A stretch of 33,685 bases of DNA from an uncultured Gemmatimonadaceae bacterium (lineage in GTDB: Bacteria; Gemmatimonadota; Gemmatimonadetes; Gemmatimonadales; Gemmatimonadaceae). The translations under genes and the position numbers were made by a program. The DNA is taken from the NCBI GenBank assembly GCA_966211115.1, contig CBIHMX010000001.1, forward strand, positions 1-33,685, read 5' to 3'. Positions 26,175-33,685 of the stretch are shown here, one piece after another. How positions within the stretch are numbered: the first letter of the stretch is position 1; each line of letters starts with the position of its first letter. The notes beneath the pieces were generated by a model. The model did no database searches. It worked only from the letters and a program-made list of their open reading frames with translations, and was not told the origin of the DNA.

Positions 26175-27695
26175 GTGAAACTGATCGCCCTATCCCTGCT
26201 TTTCGCTGCCTCGGCCTCGACGAGCAGCGCCGCCCAGATCACTACGCAGGAATACGAGCAGCGACGGGCAACCCTCGCGTCGCGGCTTCCCGATGGCCTG
26301 TTCGTCATCCGCGGCTCCGAATCTCCGGTGCAGGATTACCTCGCGTTCTACCAGAACAACGGGTTCCTGTACCTCACGGGTTATCGGGAGCCTGACGCGG
26401 CGCTGGTGCTGCAGAAGCGTGGCGGCCAGGCACAGTGGACGATGTTCGTGCAGATCAAGGTGCCGGCGCAGGAAGTCTGGTCCGGTCGTCGTTACGGTCC
26501 GGACTCGGCGGCGAAGGCAACCGGCATCGCGACGCGTCCGATCGCAGAGTTCGAGCCGCTCGTCGACTCGCTCCTCGAGGCGTCACCGCGGCTCTCGTTC
26601 CACGCCGACATCGCCGAAGGTGGGGACACGCTCAACAACGACCATCGCTTCATCGATGAGCTGCGTCGCAAGCACTCGGGCCTTCAGGTTGCGGATGCAA
26701 ACGACTTCGTAACCGCGATGCGTTCGAAGAAAAGCGCGGCCGAGATGGACCTGATCCAGCGCGCCGCTGCCATCAGCATGGAGGCGCACGCCGAAGCGGC
26801 GCGCGTGCTGGAACCGGGCATGAACGAGTTCGAGATCCAGGCCCTGCTCGAATACACGTTCCGTCGATATGGCGCTGACCGTCCGGCGTATGCCTCCATC
26901 GTCGGCTCCGGCCCGAACAGCACCGTGCTGCACTACAACCGCGATGACCGCTATATGCGGGCCGGCGATCTGCTGCTGATCGACGCCGCCGCGTCGTTCG
27001 GTGGATATGCGGCCGACGTGACTCGCACCTTCCCGGTGAGCGGCACGTTCACGCCGGAGCAGCGGCAGGTGTACCAGATCGTTCGCGACGCACAGGCGGC
27101 AGCCGAGCGGACCGCGAAGCCGGGTGTACGCTGGGCAGACGTGAGTCGAGCCGCTTCGGCGGTGATCGCCGAAGGGCTGGCGAAGATCGGCCTGATCGAT
27201 TCCGCGACCGCGACCTACGCCTGCGATTCACGCAGTGGCCGTTGTTCACAGGCGTCCCTTTACTACATGCACGGACTCGGCCACGGTATCGGCCTGGCGG
27301 TTCACGATCCCGACCAGAAGGACGGCGACGGCATCGGCATCGGCAGCGCGTACAGCATCGAGCCGGGCATCTACGTGCGGCAGGAACTGCTCGACATCAT
27401 CCCGAAGGAAGGCAACGAGGCATTCATTGCCCGCATCGCTCCCGCCGTGCGCAAGTTCGCCAATACCGGCGTGCGGATCGAGGACAACTATGTGGTGACG
27501 GAACAGGGGGTGAAGTGGATCTCGTGCGTCGCCCGCGAAGCGGACGAAGTCGAGGCCCTGATGCGCGAGCCTGTGAAGGGCCCCGCGGTGCGCGACGCCG
27601 ACAAGGTTGCCTGGTACGGCGCAGCCGTCGTCGACGCGAAAGTCGCAAAGCCGAATGCCGCTGCGGAACCGAAGGCCTGCAATCCGAGGATGTGA
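26175..27695 (+). CDS. pepP: Xaa-Pro aminopeptidase (M24B), secreted
   Basis: The ORF is 506 aa. The signal peptide is VKLIALSLLFAASASTSSAAQ. Metal-ligand motifs are DAAASFGGYAADVTRT, HGLGHGIGLAVHD, SIEPG and VRIEDN. Confidence 0.9.
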   Translation: MKLIALSLLFAASASTSSAAQITTQEYEQRRATLASRLPDGLFVIRGSESPVQDYLAFYQNNGFLYLTGYREPDAALVLQKRGGQAQWTMFVQIKVPAQEVWSGRRYGPDSAAKATGIATRPIAEFEPLVDSLLEASPRLSFHADIAEGGDTLNNDHRFIDELRRKHSGLQVADANDFVTAMRSKKSAAEMDLIQRAAAISMEAHAEAARVLEPGMNEFEIQALLEYTFRRYGADRPAYASIVGSGPNSTVLHYNRDDRYMRAGDLLLIDAAASFGGYAADVTRTFPVSGTFTPEQRQVYQIVRDAQAAAERTAKPGVRWADVSRAASAVIAEGLAKIGLIDSATATYACDSRSGRCSQASLYYMHGLGHGIGLAVHDPDQKDGDGIGIGSAYSIEPGIYVRQELLDIIPKEGNEAFIARIAPAVRKFANTGVRIEDNYVVTEQGVKWISCVAREADEVEALMREPVKGPAVRDADKVAWYGAAVVDAKVAKPNAAAEPKACNPRM

Positions 27696-28171
27696 GAGTG
27701 GAAAACCCTCTGCTCGCCGATCTCCGCCGGATTCATGAAGGCAACGCGTGGCATGGTCCGTCGGTGCTCGACGCGCTCGATGGCGTCACGGCCGAGCAGG
27801 CCGCGCGGCGACCGTTGGCCGATGCCCACTCGATCTACGAGCTGACGCACCACATCGCCGCGTGGATGGGTGAGGTGGTCCGGCGCCTGCAGGGGAACAA
27901 GCCTGGCATGCCGGCGGAAGGGGATTTCCCGCCCCCCGACACCAGGATCGATGAGGCGGCCTGGACACAGGTGCGGTCCCTGCTCGAGCGTCGTCAGGCA
28001 GAATTGCTCGAGGCGGTGTCCACGTTCGATGCCGCGAGACTCGACGAGCCGGTGAATCCGAAGAACAAGGGTGCAGACGGACCGGTCACGTACCGCGCCC
28101 TGCTCAGCGGTCTCGCACAGCATAGCGCCTACCATGCGGGACAGATCGTGGTGCTGAAGAAAGGTGTCTGA
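27692..28171 (+). CDS. DinB-family (DinB_2) four-helix-bundle protein
   Basis: The sequence AWHGPSVLDALDGVTAEQAARRPLADAHSIYELTHHIAAWMGEVV...YHAGQIVVLKK carries a His-triad-like pattern. The start is GTG 27692 (a GTGA overlap with the pepP stop) or GTG 27698. The longer track ORF from 27242 overlaps pepP. Confidence 0.8.
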   Translation: MRVENPLLADLRRIHEGNAWHGPSVLDALDGVTAEQAARRPLADAHSIYELTHHIAAWMGEVVRRLQGNKPGMPAEGDFPPPDTRIDEAAWTQVRSLLERRQAELLEAVSTFDAARLDEPVNPKNKGADGPVTYRALLSGLAQHSAYHAGQIVVLKKGV

Positions 28172-28190
28172 CCCCGCAGTTACTTGACGA

Positions 28191-30140
28191 TCATCCACCT
28201 CGCAGGATGCCGTTGCGGATCCTGATGGCCTTCGGCGAGGCATTCCGGTCGAACTGCACCGTCTCCACGGTTCGTAACCGGTTCCGCACCGGAAGGTTCA
28301 GCGTCAATTCCTGGTTGCCGCGGAGCACCACCAGCGGAACCGTCTGGCCTTCACCGCTGCGTGCATAACGAGCGCGGTACTTGGTGCCGAATTCCGGGTC
28401 CGCGACGTCGATGTCACCCACGCGGCGGAGGTAATCCCCGAGCTCGACGCCCGCGGCTTTCGCGGCGCCATCGGGTTCGATCTCCATCACCACGATGCCG
28501 GCCGAGTCGACGTTCGTCGCTACGCCGATCCACGGTTCGCGAATCGAGTCCACGTTCATCCGCAGGCCCGCCAGCGGGAGCAGCGTCGACCACGGGAACA
28601 CCTCGCGGCCGTCGACATAGCGCGTGTTGAAGTCCGCCAGTGACCGTCCGGCCGCCCGCTGCACCGCACCCCAGCAGTCCTGCGACGTGAAGCCGCGCCC
28701 ATTCGACTTGAACGTCTGCGCGTACACGTCGCGCATGACCGTATCGAGGGAACGGGCGTTGTCGCTGGCGTCACGGATCAGGATGTCCAGCGCCAGGCCC
28801 GCCAGCGACCCCTCGGGGTAATAGATGTAGTGCGTACCGTCGGTCGGCCGGATCCAGGCCGACAGCGAGGCGTCTTCGAGAGCGACGTTAGGCGCCAGGT
28901 CGACTTCACTGATCTTTCCCGTGACCAGGCCCAGGAACTGCGACGAGTCGATGACGCCACCTCGTACCTGCGCCACGTCCGCGTAGTAATCGGTAATGCC
29001 TTCGCTCACCCAGAGCCATGGAGTGGGCTGGGCACGATCATACCGGTACGGCACCATCTCCGCCGGCCGCATCCGCTTCACATTCCAGAGATGGAAGATC
29101 TCGTGGGCGGTGATCGACGGCAGGAACTCGTGATCGACGATGAACGGCGAGTAGATCCCGAGGTGGGAGTTCTGGTGCTCGAGCGCGGCCGCGCCGGCCA
29201 TGGTCGAGTCGAACAGGATCAGGGTCGTGTACGCCGTGACCGGCATCTCGCCGAACACCTCGACCATGGGCGGGACCATCTTTCGCACCTGCGTCCAGAA
29301 GCGCTCACGGGCGGCACCGCTCATGATGCCGCGTGGATACGTCACCGTGTGAAAGGTCGTCTCGCCAATGCGTGTACTGTCCACCTCGAGCGGCCCCACG
29401 AAAAACGGCATGTCCACCAGGTCGTGGTAGTTGCGCGCCGCGTACGTCCCGCGCGCCGACCCCGGCGTCATGCCGGTCGCGATGCGCCAGTCGGACTCGG
29501 TGGTTACCGTGACCGTGGCGGCAAAATCGGTCGGCCGTCCATCGGGATAAGGCAGCAGGTTCGTGCCGTTGAAAAAGGCGAAGTCGCTGGTTGCCCACGA
29601 CATCGCGTTGTCCATCGAATCCGCCGAGTACGAAAAGGACAGCGTGATGCTTCGCGCACCGTTCGGCATGATGCGCCACGTGTCCTGGTCGCTCTTGTCC
29701 CAGCGTGGCGTCCCGCCTTCGCCGGTGACGGCCAGGCCCGTGACCTTCCGCATGTAGTCGGAGATTTCGTAGGCACCAGGCGTCCACGCCGGCAGTGACA
29801 GCAGCACAGCATCGTTGCCGCCGACGCCGAACGTCATGCTCACGCGCAGACTCCTGGTGGCAGCGGTGCTGCGGTCGAACGTCACGCCGTAGCGGACGTT
29901 CGTGATCGGTGCGGACACGGCGGCTGCAGGCGCTGCGCCGCTGCGCTGCGCGCCAGCTCCGGCACTTGCACACGCAGCCGAGGCAAGCACGAGCGGGAGA
30001 ATTCGGCGAATCACGAGTGTGGGGGTGGTAGTGGTCTCAAGTCTAACACCAGGACGCCGCACGGGATCGTTCGAACTCTGGCGTGCCATTGATTGATGAC
30101 CCGACCCGCATGCATACTCGTTTCCAGTCAACGTCCTCAT
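28191..30140 (-). CDS. M61 glycyl aminopeptidase family protein with a C-terminal PDZ domain
   Basis: The zinc motif is HEIFHLWNVKRMRP and a downstream WVSEGITDYY is present. The PDZ-like region is GIVVMEIEPDGAAKAAGVELGDYLRRVGD. The signal-peptide-like VIRRILPLVLASAACASA suggests the real start is GTG 30014 or ATG 30089 rather than 30140. Confidence 0.85.
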   Translation of the reverse strand: MRTLTGNEYACGSGHQSMARQSSNDPVRRPGVRLETTTTPTLVIRRILPLVLASAACASAGAGAQRSGAAPAAAVSAPITNVRYGVTFDRSTAATRSLRVSMTFGVGGNDAVLLSLPAWTPGAYEISDYMRKVTGLAVTGEGGTPRWDKSDQDTWRIMPNGARSITLSFSYSADSMDNAMSWATSDFAFFNGTNLLPYPDGRPTDFAATVTVTTESDWRIATGMTPGSARGTYAARNYHDLVDMPFFVGPLEVDSTRIGETTFHTVTYPRGIMSGAARERFWTQVRKMVPPMVEVFGEMPVTAYTTLILFDSTMAGAAALEHQNSHLGIYSPFIVDHEFLPSITAHEIFHLWNVKRMRPAEMVPYRYDRAQPTPWLWVSEGITDYYADVAQVRGGVIDSSQFLGLVTGKISEVDLAPNVALEDASLSAWIRPTDGTHYIYYPEGSLAGLALDILIRDASDNARSLDTVMRDVYAQTFKSNGRGFTSQDCWGAVQRAAGRSLADFNTRYVDGREVFPWSTLLPLAGLRMNVDSIREPWIGVATNVDSAGIVVMEIEPDGAAKAAGVELGDYLRRVGDIDVADPEFGTKYRARYARSGEGQTVPLVVLRGNQELTLNLPVRNRLRTVETVQFDRNASPKAIRIRNGILRGG

Positions 30141-30205
30141 GCTCTACCACCAGGAAGAACGTCGCCTCGTCCATGCAGTCCCGTGATGTACCGCAAATCC
30201 ATTCC

Positions 30206-30580
30206 ATGACACCTCTCCATGCGATCCGGCTGGCCATGATGGGCGGAGTACTGCTCTTCGGAGGCGTTTCCTGGTTCCTGCATCGCACTCCGGATTGGAC
30301 ACCCGCCGATCCCGCCGTCGTCGCTCAACTGGCGACGGTTGGACGCGTCATGTGGCTGGTCGCGGGAATCGGTCTCGTCATTCTGTTCTTCCGCTTTCGG
30401 GACGCGGCCAATCCCGGACAGGCGAGCACGCTGGCCATCCTGGCCTGGGCGTTAGGCGAATCGGTGGCGCTGTTCGGCGGCGTGGTCTTCTTCCTCACCG
30501 CCGCCGCGGCGTGGTACGTCGCCGGTGTCGTCGCGCTCACCATAGCCTTCGTGGCCTTCCCGCCGCCGGTGAACCGGTGA
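30206..30580 (+). CDS. Small integral membrane protein (4 predicted TM segments), unknown function
   Basis: This is the frame of ORF 30083..30580. I trimmed it to ATG 30206 (MTPLHAIRLAMMGGVLLFGGVSWF) to avoid overlap with the divergent M61 gene. It is hydrophobic throughout. Confidence 0.55.
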   Translation: MTPLHAIRLAMMGGVLLFGGVSWFLHRTPDWTPADPAVVAQLATVGRVMWLVAGIGLVILFFRFRDAANPGQASTLAILAWALGESVALFGGVVFFLTAAAAWYVAGVVALTIAFVAFPPPVNR

Positions 30581-31485
30581 TGCGCGTAGCGGCCCTGCTT
30601 CCGGCCGCGACCGACATCGTGATCGCGCTCGGCGCCGGCGACCGGCTCGTCGCGGCCACTCACGCCTGCACATTGCCGCCGCAATTGGCCGGCGTTCCGC
30701 GCGTCACGCGAAGCCGCATCGGAACGGCCAGCGCAGCAGCCGTTGATGCCCAGGTGAGCGCGCTGTCCGAGGCCGGTGCCGCGCTGTTCGATCTCGACGA
30801 AGCGGCGCTCGCCGCCACCAGGCCTGACATCATCCTCACGCAGGCGGTCTGCGATGTGTGCGCCGTCCGTGAAGCGGATGCGCGCGCCGCGGCGTCGCGG
30901 ATGCAGCCACAGCCCCGACTCACGACCCTCGGTGCCAGCACGGTCGACGGAATCTTCGGGGACATCAGCGCCGTTGGTTCCGCCCTCGAGATCGATGACA
31001 CGGACGAACTCGTGCTCGGGCTTCGGTCGCGCATGGCGCGTGTGCATCGAACTCTCAAGGCGGCCCAGGCGCCACGACCACGCGTACTCGTGCTCGAGTG
31101 GACCGACCCGCCATTCAGCGCCGGCCACTGGGTACCGGACATGGTGCGCCGCGCCGGCGGCGTCGAGACGTTAGGCACGTCAGGCGAGGTCTCGCAGCGT
31201 GTGACCGTCAGCAACGCCAGGGAAACCGGACCTGACATCGTGATCGTTGCGCCCTGCGGCTACACGCTCGAAGAAGCCGTGGAGGAAGCACGAAGCCTCC
31301 GGGCCCACGACGGCTGGCAGTGGTTGCACTCGAAACCGGTGTGGGCGGTGAACGCGACGTCGTTGACGTCGAGACCCGGCCCGGCCGTCGTCCGCGGTAT
31401 CGAAGTGCTCGCACACCTCATGCACCCTGCCCTGTTCGGGCCGCCCCAACCCGGCGACGCCCTTCCCCTGACCTCCGAGCGCTGA
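30580..31485 (+). CDS. BtuF/TroA-like (class III) periplasmic-binding-protein fold, cobalamin or siderophore binding type, without a recognisable signal peptide
   Basis: The ATG at 30580 overlaps the upstream TGA stop by 1 nt. Supporting sequences are MRVAALLPAATDIVIALGAGDRLVA, PDIILTQAVCDVCAV, RVLVLEWTDPPFSAGHWVPDMV and PDIVIVAPCG. Confidence 0.7.
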   Translation: MRVAALLPAATDIVIALGAGDRLVAATHACTLPPQLAGVPRVTRSRIGTASAAAVDAQVSALSEAGAALFDLDEAALAATRPDIILTQAVCDVCAVREADARAAASRMQPQPRLTTLGASTVDGIFGDISAVGSALEIDDTDELVLGLRSRMARVHRTLKAAQAPRPRVLVLEWTDPPFSAGHWVPDMVRRAGGVETLGTSGEVSQRVTVSNARETGPDIVIVAPCGYTLEEAVEEARSLRAHDGWQWLHSKPVWAVNATSLTSRPGPAVVRGIEVLAHLMHPALFGPPQPGDALPLTSER

Positions 31486-31494
31486 GCTCCGTCC

Positions 31495-32562
31495 ATGCTC
31501 TCTTCCGATTCACTCGCGTTCCTCAGGCGTCTCCTCGACGTTCCCGGCCCGAGCGGCTTCGAGGCCGCGGCCGCAAAGGTCTGGCGCGACGAGGCAGCGA
31601 CGTTAGGCACCGTCACCGCCGATGTCACCGGGAATTCGGTCGCGATCGTCAATGCGGGAGCGCCGGTGACGGTGATGCTCGCCGGCCACATCGATGAGAT
31701 CGGCGTCATCGTCACCTGGATCGATGACGAAGGATTCGCCTGGATCGGGCCTATCGGCGGCTGGGATGCCCAGGTGCTCGTCGGCCAGCGCATCCGCTTT
31801 GCCGGCAGGCAGGGCGATGTCATCGGCGTCGTGGGGCGCAAGCCGATCCATCTCATCAAGCGCGATGATCGCGACAAGGCGGTGAAGTTCGAGGATCTCT
31901 GGGTCGACATCGGCGCATCGTCGCGCGAGGATGCCCTCCAGCGGCTCGACATCGGCGATGCCGGCGTGATCGATGGCCGTGCCGTCGACATGCCGAACGA
32001 CCGCATCATCTCGCGAGCCATCGACGACCGGATCGGCGCATTCGTGGTGCTCGAGGCCTTGCGTCGCTACGCGGGGCAACCCGGCGTGGCCGCGGTCGCC
32101 GCCGTGGCCACCACGCAGGAAGAAATCGGATTTCACGGCGGGGGCGCCCTGGTCGCCGCCGGGCGACTCGGTCCCACCATGGCCGTCGCTGTCGATGTCA
32201 CGCACGCTACGGATCATCCGACCGCCGACAAGAAGGACGCCGGGGATCACCGGCTCGGAGGCGGACCGGTGCTGGCGCGGGGATCGGTGGTCTCGCCGGT
32301 CGTGTTCAGGATGCTGCGCGACGCCGCCAGCCGGCTCGGGATACCGGTCACCATTCAGGCCGCGGGCCGCGAGACCAGCACCGACGCGGATTTCATCCAT
32401 CTCGCCCGCGAAGGGATCCCGACCGGCCTGTTGTCGATTCCCAACCGGTACATGCACTCACCGAGCGAGATGGTGAGCCTGCTCGATCTCGACCGCGCCG
32501 CCGACCTGCTGGCTGAAGCCTGCCGATCGATAACCCCCGGGACCGACTTCACAGCCCGTTAG
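31495..32562 (+). CDS. M42 family metallopeptidase (FrvX/YsdC-like aminopeptidase/endoglucanase family)
   Basis: The ORF is 355 aa. Supporting sequences are LAGHIDEIGV, RAIDDRIGAFVVLEAL, ATTQEEIGFHGG and NRYMHSPSE. Confidence 0.9.
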   Translation: MLSSDSLAFLRRLLDVPGPSGFEAAAAKVWRDEAATLGTVTADVTGNSVAIVNAGAPVTVMLAGHIDEIGVIVTWIDDEGFAWIGPIGGWDAQVLVGQRIRFAGRQGDVIGVVGRKPIHLIKRDDRDKAVKFEDLWVDIGASSREDALQRLDIGDAGVIDGRAVDMPNDRIISRAIDDRIGAFVVLEALRRYAGQPGVAAVAAVATTQEEIGFHGGGALVAAGRLGPTMAVAVDVTHATDHPTADKKDAGDHRLGGGPVLARGSVVSPVVFRMLRDAASRLGIPVTIQAAGRETSTDADFIHLAREGIPTGLLSIPNRYMHSPSEMVSLLDLDRAADLLAEACRSITPGTDFTAR

Positions 32563-32598
32563 GCAGGGCGGGTGGCCATGCCGAGGGCTGCCGCCTCG

Positions 32599-33685
32599 TC
32601 AGGCGGATAGCCTTTTCATCGCGTTTTCGACCGCCGCTCTCACGTCACGATCGCGGTCGGAGGCCAGCTCCTGCAGCGCCTGACGAGCCGAGGGTGTATT
32701 CGCGTCGGCCAGGGCTTCGATCGCCCGAATCCGCATGGGGGCCGGCTTTCGCAACAGCAACCCGCCCGCCTCCGCGGCGCGGATCAGCCGGGAGATGCCA
32801 TCTTCGGTCGGCGCCGAACCGAGCGCGCTCACCAGCGCCCCCTGGATGTCGGGATCCTGTTCGTGGTCCAGCGCCTCGATCAGCCAGGGCACGGCGCGCG
32901 GATTCCGGGCCGAGGCGATCGCCTGGATCACATGGAGGCGGACATCGGGCGACGGATCATTGATCGCCTGCAGCAGCGCCAGCACCGACCGGGACGTCGC
33001 CAGCCGGCCTAACGCGGTCGCCACGGCCCGACGCACCCGCGGCTCGCGGTGCGACAGCAATTCCGCCAGCCGCCGATCCGCGTCGGTTGACCCGATCTCC
33101 CCCAGCAACCACGCCGAGTTCCGGACCACGTACCAGCGGTCGTCCGTCAACAGGTGCAGCAGCGCATTCACCGCCGCCGGACACTGGCGCAAGGCATCCA
33201 GATAGGCCCGTCGCTCGCCCGAGATGTCGCTACCGATCAGGTTGTCGATCAGCACGTCCGCGCCGACCTCTCCCGCGCCGCTCAGCACGCGGGTGCACAT
33301 CTCGCGCATGTCGCGATGGCCGGGCAACAACCGTGCGACGCCCTGCAGCAGGACCGGCCGCTGGAGCCGACGGATGCCCACCAGGAACGCCCGCTTGGCA
33401 TCCCCGTCATGGAGGTGATCGTAATGGTGATGCATGCGATCCATCACCTGGACCAGCTCCGCCCACTTGCCTTGTCCACCAAAGTCTTCCGCGGCGCGGC
33501 TGACGTCGTCGACGATTGCCACCGTGTTAGGCGCGGTGACGGCCTGGTCGAGGCGTTCGATCATTTCCTTGACCGTCTCGTCGCGCCCGGCCACACGCAT
33601 GAGCTGCACCTGCATGATCGCGTGCGATTCACCGGATTTCTTCCGCGCCGGCAGGTCCTCGATGATGGGATTCAGGCCGACCGGC
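32599..33685 (-). CDS. HEAT/armadillo-repeat protein, possibly 5'-partial (frame still open at the right window edge)
   Basis: It has repeated HEAT units: DRWYVVRNSAWLLGEIG, REPRVRRAVATALGRL, DPSPDVRLHVIQAIASARNPRAVPWLIEAL, DPDIQGALVSALG and DRDVRAAVENAM. My translation of 33616-33685 in the same frame has no stop, so the first Met at 33615 may not be the start. Confidence 0.7.
   Translation of the reverse strand, partial: PVGLNPIIEDLPARKKSGESHAIMQVQLMRVAGRDETVKEMIERLDQAVTAPNTVAIVDDVSRAAEDFGGQGKWAELVQVMDRMHHHYDHLHDGDAKRAFLVGIRRLQRPVLLQGVARLLPGHRDMREMCTRVLSGAGEVGADVLIDNLIGSDISGERRAYLDALRQCPAAVNALLHLLTDDRWYVVRNSAWLLGEIGSTDADRRLAELLSHREPRVRRAVATALGRLATSRSVLALLQAINDPSPDVRLHVIQAIASARNPRAVPWLIEALDHEQDPDIQGALVSALGSAPTEDGISRLIRAAEAGGLLLRKPAPMRIRAIEALADANTPSARQALQELASDRDRDVRAAVENAMKRLSA

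Noticed and set aside
240-33532. TTAGGC equals the nematode telomere repeat unit, and GGGAATC-type heptamers also look telomere/satellite-like. I considered eukaryotic contamination or telomeric sequence.
   Set aside because: The TTAGGC copies are isolated single words inside typical bacterial genes, not tandem arrays. Gene content, density and overlap structure are unambiguously bacterial. The resemblance is coincidental.
1-33685. Mobile genetic elements, prophage, toxin-antitoxin or defence systems.
   Set aside because: No integrase, transposase, recombinase, phage structural, nuclease/helicase or small paired toxin-antitoxin-like ORFs were recognisable. No terminal inverted repeats or tRNA attachment sites were seen.

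Overview
This is a high-GC (about two-thirds G+C by eye) bacterial chromosomal window, densely packed with about 28 protein genes. I found no rRNA, tRNA, CRISPR array, transposase or integrase. The content falls into five blocks. (1) 1-7658 is an exopolysaccharide/glycan module: a partial heparinase II/III-like gene that runs off the left edge and is missing from the ORF track, a GT4 glycosyltransferase, an SDR sugar epimerase/dehydratase, a CE4 deacetylase, a frameshifted Wzx-type flippase and a GT-C-like membrane protein. (2) 7745-11939 holds VanZ-like, YggT, DUF167 and a small unknown gene, followed by a CE4 deacetylase plus formyltransferase pair. (3) 12199-17855 holds cobalamin-dependent methionine synthase (metH), translationally coupled to a fused homocysteine-methyltransferase/MTHFR gene, behind a roughly 260-300 nt leader. 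(4) 18024-24871 is a second glycan module: GT2, glutamine-dependent asparagine synthase-type amidotransferase, GT4, a formyltransferase-like/beta-propeller fusion and a SAM methyltransferase. (5) 24885-33685 is housekeeping: acyl-CoA dehydrogenase, secreted M24B Xaa-Pro peptidase, DinB-like, M61 peptidase with PDZ, a small membrane protein, a leaderless BtuF-like binding protein, an M42 peptidase and a HEAT-repeat protein open at the right edge. Four signals are not explained by the gene calls. The heptamer GTTAGGC occurs 20 times against roughly 4 expected, is strand-skewed, and is independent of gene orientation. A perfect 7-nt microsatellite (GATTCCC)n sits in frame in the metH interdomain linker and recurs at the metH 3' end/metF start. 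A 12-nt-periodic palindromic array forms a 24-bp inverted repeat after the acyl-CoA dehydrogenase gene. The flippase gene carries a frameshift. I see no convincing novel multi-gene system such as a defence island. The glycan modules look like variants of known exosortase-type and Arn-like logic.
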